The notes under the pieces: model-generated | Told to the model about the DNA's origin: nothing | Database searches by the model: none | The model's input: the letters and a program-made list of their open reading frames with translations, nothing else | Position numbers and translations under genes: made by a program | Part shown: positions 37,649 through 46,496 of the stretch, in pieces | How the letters are laid out: the number at the start of each line of letters is the position of its first letter | Numbering within the stretch: position 1 is the first letter of the stretch | Source: Candidatus Altimarinota bacterium | GTDB lineage: Bacteria; Patescibacteriota; Gracilibacteria; JBDHUY01 | Direction: 5' to 3' | NCBI GenBank assembly: GCA_039809385.1 | Contig: JBDHUY010000013.1 | Span: 1 to 63,010, forward strand | Length of the DNA: 63,010 nucleotides

Positions 37649-40150
37649 ATGACAACACAACGACAACCGAAAAAATCACAAGAAGAAGTTATTATGTCGC
37701 TGCATCGCTATTTTCGTTACGTCAACTACCTGAGCGCCGCGCAACTCTATTTGAAAGAGAACTTTTTATTAGAAACCGAACTCAAACCGGAACACATAAA
37801 AGAACGAATTCTGGGTCACTGGGGCACAGTACCGGGCCTGAATTTCATCTACACCCACCTGAACTATCTCATCTGGAAAGAAAAATGCGAGATGCTTTTC
37901 ATCGCCGGACCCGGCCACGGCGCCCCGGCTGTTATAGCCAACCTGTTTGCCGAAGGAACGTTAGCCGATTTTTACCCCGAACTAACACGCGATAAACAGG
38001 GTACTGAAAAACTGATAAAGATGTTCAGCTGGCCTGGAGGATTCCCCTCGCACAGCAATCCGGGCACGCCGGGAGCGATCCTGGAAGGCGGAGAACTGGG
38101 CTATTCGCTCGCCACCGCCTACGGTGCCGTACTTGATAATCCTGACCTGATCGCCGCCTGCGTCATCGGCGACGGAGAAGCCGAAACCGGCCCGTTAGCC
38201 GCAGCCTGGCATAGCAACAAGTTTCTAAATCCCAAAGAATCCGGAGCAGTCTTACCAATCCTGCATCTGAACGGGTATAAAATTACCAGTCCGACCATTT
38301 TTGGAAGTATGGACAACGAAGAGATCCGCAAATACTTTGAAGGATTGGGCTACGACCCGCTGTTCGTGGCAGTCAGCAATCAGCAGTCAGTTGTCAGCGG
38401 TCAGAAAGAAGAAGCCAGCAAAAAGAATATCCTGTTCCCCCTGACAAGGGGGGAAGGGGGGTTGCTAGAAACAAATTACGAAGAGAAAAATCAGAAAAGT
38501 ACGCTACCCGGCTCCCTGTCAACGCACGAACAAATGATATCTACACTCGAAGCCGCCTATCAAAAAATCCGTTCAATACAAAAATCAGCCCGAAGTTCTC
38601 AGAAACCTGCGCACAAGCCCGCTTGGCCGATCATTGTCTTCCGATCTCCCAAAGGCTGGACCGGCATAAAAGAGCTCCATCAAAAGAAAGTAGAAGGGAG
38701 CTATCGCTCGCACGGCATTCCGGCCCAGAATCCACATCACGATACCTCCGAATTCGAGGCAATTAAGGCTTGGCTTGAAAGCTATAAAATTCAAGAACTG
38801 ATCGATCGCGAAGGAAAACCGCTACCTGACATAACCGACTATATTCCCGAAAGAAACTTACGAATGGGCCATAATCGGCACACTCTGGGCGGAAACGTAC
38901 GTAAAGATTTGAAGTTACCCGAATTAAGAATGTACGCGGTCGATTCGGACCAAGAAACACTCTCGGGAAGTACTACAGTTGCCGCTGACTATATCCGCGA
39001 TATTTTGAAACTACATGATGCCGAAGCGAACTTCCGATTCTTCTGCCCCGACGAAACCGAGTCCAACAAACTTCAGGCGCTCTTTGAAACCACATCGCGG
39101 GCTTTTACCTGGCCGCTGCAGTCTTACGATGAAAATATCGGCCCGGCGGGCAGAGTGATGGAAGTTTTAAGCGAACATACGTTACAGGGCTGGTTGCAGG
39201 GTTATTTGCTTACCGGAAGACATGGAATGTTCGCCACGTATGAGGCGTTTGCCATGATCATCGCCAGCATGGTCGACCAGTATGCCAAATTCTTGAAACA
39301 ATCGAGTCGTATTCCCTGGAGAAAACCCGTTTCATCCCTAAATTATCTGCTCACGAGTGTCGGCTGGCGTCAGGAACACAACGGGTATTCGCATCAGAAT
39401 CCGAGTTTTATCAGCAATATACTGGAAAAACACGGTCCCTTTTCAAGCGTGTACTTTCCGTGCGATATCAATAGTATGCTCGTGATTCTGGAGGATTGTT
39501 TCAAGAGAACGAATGCGATCAATGTCATCGTGGCGAATAAAAACCCGATGAGGCAGTGGTTGACGATCGAACAAGCCCGGGAAGAGCTCCGGAAAGGGCT
39601 GGGACGCTGGGATTGGATTGATCCCACAGGAAGCGAAAATCCGGATATCGTCCTGTGCGGAGCAGGCGATATTATGGTACAAGAGTGTGTAGCGGCAATC
39701 GAGCTCCTCAAGCAGCATGCTCCCGAGATAAAATTGCGTTTTGTAAATATCTCGGAATTGACAGCGCTGGGAATCGGCGACGAGCGCCTTCCGTTAGCGA
39801 TGGATAACGACGCATTCTACCATTATTTTACCAAAGACAAGCCTATTGTTTTCAACTTCCATGGCTATCCGGGAACAATCAAGCAACTGGTATGGGGGCA
39901 CGAGTCCGCCAACCGCTTTTCGATCCACGGCTACCAGGAAGAAGGCACAACCACGACCCCCTTCGATATGCTAGTCAAAAACAAAACCAGCCGGTATGAC
40001 CTGATCATCGATATTGTCTTTCGCCTGCTTGATCAGAATACGATTGAGCGGAAGAAAGGACTACAATTGATCAATTTTTTTGAACAAAAGTTAAAAGAGC
40101 ATGCAACATATATTGTAGAATGGGGCAAAGATATGCCGGAGGTGGAATAA
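37649..40150 (+). CDS. xfp: Xylulose-5-P/fructose-6-P phosphoketolase with an in-frame repeat insertion
   Basis: LGHWGT, EGGELGY, GDGEAETGP, LHLNGYKI, EVLSEH, QEHNGYSHQNP. Confidence 0.96.
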   Translation: MTTQRQPKKSQEEVIMSLHRYFRYVNYLSAAQLYLKENFLLETELKPEHIKERILGHWGTVPGLNFIYTHLNYLIWKEKCEMLFIAGPGHGAPAVIANLFAEGTLADFYPELTRDKQGTEKLIKMFSWPGGFPSHSNPGTPGAILEGGELGYSLATAYGAVLDNPDLIAACVIGDGEAETGPLAAAWHSNKFLNPKESGAVLPILHLNGYKITSPTIFGSMDNEEIRKYFEGLGYDPLFVAVSNQQSVVSGQKEEASKKNILFPLTRGEGGLLETNYEEKNQKSTLPGSLSTHEQMISTLEAAYQKIRSIQKSARSSQKPAHKPAWPIIVFRSPKGWTGIKELHQKKVEGSYRSHGIPAQNPHHDTSEFEAIKAWLESYKIQELIDREGKPLPDITDYIPERNLRMGHNRHTLGGNVRKDLKLPELRMYAVDSDQETLSGSTTVAADYIRDILKLHDAEANFRFFCPDETESNKLQALFETTSRAFTWPLQSYDENIGPAGRVMEVLSEHTLQGWLQGYLLTGRHGMFATYEAFAMIIASMVDQYAKFLKQSSRIPWRKPVSSLNYLLTSVGWRQEHNGYSHQNPSFISNILEKHGPFSSVYFPCDINSMLVILEDCFKRTNAINVIVANKNPMRQWLTIEQAREELRKGLGRWDWIDPTGSENPDIVLCGAGDIMVQECVAAIELLKQHAPEIKLRFVNISELTALGIGDERLPLAMDNDAFYHYFTKDKPIVFNFHGYPGTIKQLVWGHESANRFSIHGYQEEGTTTTPFDMLVKNKTSRYDLIIDIVFRLLDQNTIERKKGLQLINFFEQKLKEHATYIVEWGKDMPEVE

Positions 40151-40227
40151 AATTATTTCTACATCTTTTATTTTTCCTCAATTCGGCTATTCTTCAAGTA
40201 ACATATTCAATTTTTGAGATTGGTTTC

Positions 40228-40311
40228 ATGATCATCACAAAAGAACTGCCTTTTACCAAAGCAGAAATCGATCAGCGCAAGGAAGCATTCGGAGACTGGT
40301 CATCGACATAG
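40228..40311 (+). pseudogene. Possible truncated DUF5674-like gene remnant
   Basis: MIITKELPFTKAEIDQRKEAFGD resembles my recollection of the N-terminus of that family, then stops. Confidence 0.3.
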
Positions 40312-40414
40312 CAAAAAAAGTCTGTTCTATCGCATGTGGTAGACATTTTTAATCGGATTAGACCTGATAGGTTGTTTCGCTTTTCACTTCCATCCGACAC
40401 AACACGCTTTCTCC

Positions 40415-40753
40415 ATGAACGTACCTCCCTCCGCCAACCTACAAAATACAGATCCTCCCCAGCCCACACGTCCACCAAACCCGGCAGAAGAACTGGCGAA
40501 AATCTCGGCCCTGCTGGAGACCAATACGGCGTTACTTAAAAAATTGGTAGACTATAAGCAGGAAGAACGCAAAATCGGACAGATCAAGTTCATCTATTAC
40601 CTGATCACGAACGTTCTGCCATTTTTACTGGCGATCGGCTTCAGCTATTATTTGTACTCGGTAACCACCGGACAGATAGACGCGCTGAAAAGTTTCATGA
40701 GCGGACTGGTACCTAATCTGGACGGGATCCAGAATTTGAATCCGTTCAAGTAA
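40415..40753 (+). CDS. Small single-TM hypothetical protein
   Basis: Pro-rich N-terminus, coiled coil, one TM. Confidence 0.7.
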   Translation: MNVPPSANLQNTDPPQPTRPPNPAEELAKISALLETNTALLKKLVDYKQEERKIGQIKFIYYLITNVLPFLLAIGFSYYLYSVTTGQIDALKSFMSGLVPNLDGIQNLNPFK

Positions 40754-40819
40754 AAGATCGCCATTGATTCTCCCGAAGAACTTGTTGTACTATGTAAATA
40801 ATCGTTTACTTTTTTTCTT

Positions 40820-41764
40820 ATGGCTCCAACAAATAAATCCTGGTATCTCAAGAGATATTACCTTGTACCGCTGATCGTGATTTTAATTCTTATCCTGGCA
40901 ACTCCGGTTGGCATATCGGTCTATGTCGGTACCAGCCTTGTACACCCTGTCAGAGAAAGTATAGATACGACACCTGAGGCAGTCGGTTTATTGTATGAAA
41001 ATGTCGAATTCCCGAGTCAACCGGATAATCTTACACTGTCAGGCTGGTGGGTCGGTGCCCAAAAGGAGGGAAAAATCCACGAAAGCTCCAAAACGATCCT
41101 TTTCGTCCATGGCTACGGTTCTTCCCGGCTCATCAAACAGGCGAATGCTTTGTCTCTGGCAGACACGCTGGTACATGCGGGATACAACGTGATGATGTTC
41201 GATCTCAGGAATAGCGGAAATTCCGCAGGAAATCAGACGACCGTCGGAACCAAAGAGCGGCAAGACGTCCTATCGGCGATACGTTTTGCCCGCGAGATAA
41301 AGAAGAGTAGCAGTATCGGCTTGATCGGCTGGTCGATGGGAGCCGCGACGGTACTCGTCGCCGGAACAGCAAATCCCGATGTCAGACTCATTATAGCCGA
41401 TAGTCCCTTTGCCGATTTACGAGCGTACTTGAGCACGAATTTGCCGTACTGGTCGGGACTCCCAGACGTTCCGTTCACTAGATTGATCCTCCTGATAATG
41501 CCTCTTATCAGCGACGTGCGCCTAGAGCAAGTTTCGCCCCAACAAGCAGTGCAAGATTTGGGAAGTACGCCTCTCTTGCTGATCCATACACGCCAAGACA
41601 AGGCAATCCCCTACCAAAACAGCGAACAAATCTACAATGCCATCCGGGACAAATCACATACCGAACTGTGGTTGCCCGAACGCGGCGATCATGTCAAAGC
41701 CCTCATCGAATACCCCGAAGAATACAAACACAGGGTGCTTAGTTTTCTGGAGCAGTACATGTGA
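40820..41764 (+). CDS. Membrane-anchored alpha/beta hydrolase
   Basis: FVHGY, FDLRNSGNS, GWSMG nucleophile, D..IP, GDH. Confidence 0.92.
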   Translation: MAPTNKSWYLKRYYLVPLIVILILILATPVGISVYVGTSLVHPVRESIDTTPEAVGLLYENVEFPSQPDNLTLSGWWVGAQKEGKIHESSKTILFVHGYGSSRLIKQANALSLADTLVHAGYNVMMFDLRNSGNSAGNQTTVGTKERQDVLSAIRFAREIKKSSSIGLIGWSMGAATVLVAGTANPDVRLIIADSPFADLRAYLSTNLPYWSGLPDVPFTRLILLIMPLISDVRLEQVSPQQAVQDLGSTPLLLIHTRQDKAIPYQNSEQIYNAIRDKSHTELWLPERGDHVKALIEYPEEYKHRVLSFLEQYM

Positions 41765-42009
41765 TACTCGCAGACTCTTCACTTCGTCCAGAGTGACAGT
41801 ACAGCGGATTAAGAGATTACAGCCAACAGTGTATAGCCAGGCAACGATTTAGAAGACAAAAGTTAGCGATAGGACAATGATCCATTGGCAACCAACGAAC
41901 TGATTGTCTGCCACCGTACATTCATTCGTCGTTCCTCCTCAAAACAAGTTTTGCATCCTTCCCATTGTCAGGACGAGCTTTTCACTTTGCATTTACTGAC
42001 CGCTGGTAG

Positions 42010-42714
42010 CTAAACGTTTGCCGTATCGCCTCTCAACTCTTGAGCCGCTTGATACGGATCCGTTGCTCCAAAAAGAAAACTACCGGAAACGATCACCTCT
42101 ACGCCCGCTCCCCGGACCAAAGCTGCCGTTTCTTGATTCATACCGCCATCCAGAAAGATTGGCAAATCAGGAAAGGAGTCTCTGAGATATTTCACTTTTT
42201 CCAATACGGCCGGCACAAAAAACTGGCCGCCAAAACCGGGGGGAACTCCCATGACCAGAACATAGTCGATCTCAGCCAAAAATTCGTCAAGCAGATGCAC
42301 GTCGGTATCGGGACTGATCGCCAGACCCGCACGAGCCCCGCCGGCTTTTATCTGAGCAAACAGATCGTAGAAACGGTCTGTACAATGGCCCCACGGACGA
42401 TGCTCGGGCCCTTCTCCTCCCATATGAGAGCATTCGGGAATCGCTTCGACATGAAAAGAGATAGATTGTACGCTCTTTTTCAGCAAATCCGGAATGTACA
42501 TTTCGGGGTTTTTCACCATCATATGGACTTCAATCGGCAGTCGGGTTTCTATTTTTTGCAAAATAAGCGGCCCGAAAGTGAGATTCGGGACAAAATGACC
42601 GTCCATAATATCAAAATGAAGACCATCGACAAACGGTTCGATACGGGCAATATCCGCGTTTAGCGCTCCAAAGTCGGCAGCCAGAAGAGAAGCAAAGATT
42701 TGAGGAGTTTTCAT
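42010..42714 (-). CDS. rpe: Ribulose-phosphate 3-epimerase
   Basis: SLLAADF, HFDIMDGHFVPNLTFG, PGFGGQ, DGG. Confidence 0.95.
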   Translation of the reverse strand: MKTPQIFASLLAADFGALNADIARIEPFVDGLHFDIMDGHFVPNLTFGPLILQKIETRLPIEVHMMVKNPEMYIPDLLKKSVQSISFHVEAIPECSHMGGEGPEHRPWGHCTDRFYDLFAQIKAGGARAGLAISPDTDVHLLDEFLAEIDYVLVMGVPPGFGGQFFVPAVLEKVKYLRDSFPDLPIFLDGGMNQETAALVRGAGVEVIVSGSFLFGATDPYQAAQELRGDTANV

Positions 42715-43045
42715 AGTTTAAATAGGATAGAACAAATCGTCCCCTTTAACTTTAGCGATAACCGGGTGTTGCATCAAGTAATACTACCTCATGTCGACAA
42801 TCTTGGATGTTCAACAAGACGGTATGATCATGCCAAAGTTGACATGGCAAATACAAAAAGAATCTCAAAACTCAAATGTCAAAGTCGAGAGCAGCTCATA
42901 GAAATTGATTATTTGAAATTTTGATTTGGACACTTGCATTCTTTTGGTATTTGTCCGCCGCGGCGGATTGCGTTTTGGACTTTTGCTTTCATCCTGCAAG
43001 TTTTGCAATCATGGAGAGTTGAAATCGGTATCAGAATACGAGGAG

Positions 43046-43495
43046 TCAATTTTCATCCTGCTGAGCAGTTACGAATTTGATTACATCCATATCTTTGTCG
43101 ACCAGCGTCCCCTGGTTCCACAGTTCTTCAAGCTCCTGGAGGGTAAACCAGCGGGCTTCTTTTATTTTTCCTTCCATCAAAGTAAGTTCGCCGCTGACGA
43201 TCTTTACCGTTACCGGGATAATCACAAATTCGTAGTCTCCGTCGCTGTCGCGAGAAATAACTACCGGTGGAATCATGGGCAGAATCTCCTGGACTGCGAC
43301 ATCAAGTCCCAGATATTCCTGCATTTTTCGAATAATATTGTCTTTGACGCTTTCGCCAAACTGCATTTTCCCGCCCGGCAACTGCCAGTGACCTTTGCAG
43401 GCAGCGGAAAGAGCTTTTTCTTTAAATACCAGCAAGAATCTTCCGGTATCGTCGCGGGTGATGGCAATCGGAATCGGCAGAATACTTTGATCCAT
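43046..43495 (-). CDS. NUDIX-fold protein (degenerate Nudix box)
   Basis: WQLPGGKMQFGESVKDNIIRKMQEYLG. Confidence 0.8.
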   Translation of the reverse strand: MDQSILPIPIAITRDDTGRFLLVFKEKALSAACKGHWQLPGGKMQFGESVKDNIIRKMQEYLGLDVAVQEILPMIPPVVISRDSDGDYEFVIIPVTVKIVSGELTLMEGKIKEARWFTLQELEELWNQGTLVDKDMDVIKFVTAQQDEN

Positions 43496-43573
43496 TTAGC
43501 TTTTCTCCTAAAAAACGACAATACTATTATTATAGTATTTTATGGACACAAAGCAATAATCTCACATAATAAA

Positions 43574-45919
43574 TCAATAAAAAATTTGTGCCATCAGGAT
43601 GGCGTCGTCTTTTGATTTGGAAAAACCGATGCCAATACGAGAGAACCGGTCCGTCAAGAGCAGATTGCGGTGGCCGGCGCTCCGGAAAAGACCGTAGAGT
43701 GCCAGAACCGGATTCAAATCTTTTGCCAGATTCTCCCCCACCGTCCCGGTAATGCCATACTCGCCGGATAGATCCAGAGCGTTTTTCCCTTCGGGAGTCG
43801 TGTGAGAGAAATAATCGCGTTTCGCCATATCGTCAGTCCGCGCCTGGGCAAGACTATTAGCTTTGGAATCGAGCGAAAGAGGTGACAATCCCAGAAGTTT
43901 TCGTTCGGTATTTATGTCAGCCAATATCATTTCGCGCTGTTTGGCGACATCCAGATTGCTTACAGTCTCGAAATTAGCCTGAATATCGCGCGGGTTTGGC
44001 AAAACAGGAAATACCCCGGAACTGTAAAAAGGGAAATTAAAGACGGCTTCGCCGTAGAGATCGTTTATTTCAACGATATAGGTTCCGGTCTGATCTAGCG
44101 GAATCGAGAAAGAAAATTTCTCACCGGCGTCGATCTGTTTTTTATCGGACAGCGCAAACGCATGGGGAAATCCGTCCGGGGCGATGTACCATCCCTGACT
44201 GTTTAAAGGAATACTGGTCTGAGCTTCCAGCAGCAGAGCATCAGAGGGCAAAATCCTTGAAAAAGCTGAAAACACAACCTTGTCCTGCTTGTAAATCTCA
44301 TATTCGTGGCGGGCCGGGGTAACCGTCAAAACGCCGGCTTCCGACCAGGGAGTATTGCGATCAACCGAGAAGTCGCTCGAAGTACGTCCGCCCCGTACTT
44401 CCACGCGCAATGGCAGCTGGGGCGCGAAGTCGACAAACTGGTCGTAGGGTATCGCGAAATGATTTTCGCCGACATTATAAAAAACTTTTTGTTTTCCGCC
44501 TTGGGAAAAAATGATTTGGAATAGATTAGAATTGTTGGGATCCCATTTCAGCATACTTCCGAATCCCCCGTATTCCATAGTCACTTTCAAGGGAGCATTG
44601 GTAGGCCCGATCAGGTTCGAGATGCCGCTTTTTTCAAAAAGATCGGGGGAAACGACAAAGACTTCTACGGCTCCCACGCCGGTAGTTCCGGGAATAATGC
44701 TCAGACGAAACGTACCTTCTTTGGGAAAAACGACAGGCAGGCTGAACGTACCGTCGGTTACCGGAGCCTGAAAAACGAATTCCCGTTTATCCCCCTGATC
44801 GGTAAGCAAAGCGGTCACGATACTGGCCGGAGCAACGGTGTTGCCTCGAAAGGTATAAGACTCCCCGGGCAGAAAGATGCTGGGAAATGTTCGTTCCAAT
44901 TGTATGCCGCGGTTACCGGTTGCATCGAAGAAGCTTTGCGCGTCAATGTTATGTTTTTTCAAACCGGGAATAACGCCAACCGGCACTACTTTTACATTAG
45001 CCAGCCCCTTAGAAAAAGATTCTATCGCGCCGAAAGCGGCTTGTGAAAGGTCGACAACCCGCCCTTCCACATACGGCCCCCGATCATTTACCCGCACTAG
45101 CGTACCGGTACCTTTATTGGTGTTAAATACGACCAAAAAGGTACCAAACGGCAGATAGGTGTGAGCAGCGGAAAATTCTTCATTGGAAAAATATTCTCCC
45201 GAAGCGACTTTATTTCCTTCGACGCCATTACCGTAAAAGGAAGCGACGCCGCTTTGGGATGTATCGAAACGCTGCAAGTCTCTTTCACGGATCAGTATCA
45301 ACCGGTACATCATTTCCAACAACTCACCCCTGGTCATCTCCTCCGACGGGGCAAACGAATAAATGGTTTTATCATCAACCACGTTGCTCTCGTCCGCATA
45401 AAAAACATAGGGCTGGTACCATAGGGTATCGGACGTAATGGGGGTATCTTGAAAAAGGGCTTTCTGTCCTAATGCGACGGTTGGAAGTGGAATATTGTTG
45501 AGTTTGGTCAGCATTTTGAGACTTTCCACCTTATTCACGGTTTTCTCGGGGCGAAACATTCCGTCGGGGTATCCCTGCGCTATACCCAGATCGAGCGCGG
45601 TCTGGACGTACGAACCGTACCAACTGCCCGAACCGGTATCGGGAAAGGGCAAGACGCGTTCGGGAACGATGGTTACACCGGACCCGAGTTGAAAAATCTT
45701 GAGCGTTTCGGCCCGGTTAGCCTTTTGATTAGGTTTGAATGAACCGTCGGCATACCCCTCGATCACATTGCGCCGTTTCATTTCGACCGCAGCTTTGAAA
45801 TACTTACTGTACTGATTTATGTCGGTAAACGGTTGTTCAACGGAAGACTGGGCCAGTACCGCCAAAGAAGAGGTGACGAGTAAAACCAAGATACTCAGTT
45901 TAACGAAATTCTTTTTCAT
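43574..45919 (-). CDS. SLH + RlpA (DPBB lytic transglycosylase) + CAP-domain surface protein
   Basis: Signal peptide; SLH (GYADGSFKPNQKANRAE); GVASFY..AAHTYLPFGT..VRVNDRGP..VDLS (RlpA); INTER..DMAKRDYFSH..GENLA..SAGHRNLL (CAP). Confidence 0.9.
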   Translation of the reverse strand: MKKNFVKLSILVLLVTSSLAVLAQSSVEQPFTDINQYSKYFKAAVEMKRRNVIEGYADGSFKPNQKANRAETLKIFQLGSGVTIVPERVLPFPDTGSGSWYGSYVQTALDLGIAQGYPDGMFRPEKTVNKVESLKMLTKLNNIPLPTVALGQKALFQDTPITSDTLWYQPYVFYADESNVVDDKTIYSFAPSEEMTRGELLEMMYRLILIRERDLQRFDTSQSGVASFYGNGVEGNKVASGEYFSNEEFSAAHTYLPFGTFLVVFNTNKGTGTLVRVNDRGPYVEGRVVDLSQAAFGAIESFSKGLANVKVVPVGVIPGLKKHNIDAQSFFDATGNRGIQLERTFPSIFLPGESYTFRGNTVAPASIVTALLTDQGDKREFVFQAPVTDGTFSLPVVFPKEGTFRLSIIPGTTGVGAVEVFVVSPDLFEKSGISNLIGPTNAPLKVTMEYGGFGSMLKWDPNNSNLFQIIFSQGGKQKVFYNVGENHFAIPYDQFVDFAPQLPLRVEVRGGRTSSDFSVDRNTPWSEAGVLTVTPARHEYEIYKQDKVVFSAFSRILPSDALLLEAQTSIPLNSQGWYIAPDGFPHAFALSDKKQIDAGEKFSFSIPLDQTGTYIVEINDLYGEAVFNFPFYSSGVFPVLPNPRDIQANFETVSNLDVAKQREMILADINTERKLLGLSPLSLDSKANSLAQARTDDMAKRDYFSHTTPEGKNALDLSGEYGITGTVGENLAKDLNPVLALYGLFRSAGHRNLLLTDRFSRIGIGFSKSKDDAILMAQIFY

Positions 45920-46496
45920 ACACGAAAGAAACGACAAAATAAAATTCTATGAGGGATTCTAACAGAAGAAACGGGAAGTTTCCAGTCCTGCACGTAATAA
46001 AAACAAGAGTCTGCCAGTACAGCACTGTCTTCTACTACCCTTTGCTGGCAAAACTATTTCATTGAAAGTTACTGGAAAAATACCTTCATTCAAAAGAACC
46101 TGATCCCATTTCCACTTCAAAGTGATACATATGTATTAGTTAATCCCAAAGCTCAAAATCCAAATGCCAAAATAAACTCAAGTATCCAATATCAAACGTT
46201 GAAACCATGCATCATACTTGCTTGTGACAGTTTTTTGGAACTTTGATATTGGGTATTCTGTTAGCATTTGTTCGCCTCGGCGGATTGTGATTTTGGCTTT
46301 CTATCAGCGTACCCGTGGATTTTGCTATCTGTAGATGTGGAATTAGTATAAGATTTCTTTTTATTTAAAGAGATTACGCCAATCCATCAGCATTGGGGGT
46401 CATATAGCAAACCTTAGGGCGGATGCCGAGACATGCAAAAAAAGGATCCGCCTCAAATCGTGAGAAGATATGCTCGTTACGGAAGAAGATTATAGT

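Noticed and set aside
42926-43615. 229-aa + strand ORF and similar long antisense ORFs (7601-8302, 9321-10094, 19970-20770, 42040-42663, 46911-47564)
   Set aside because: They overlap well-supported genes on the opposite strand and have no motifs.
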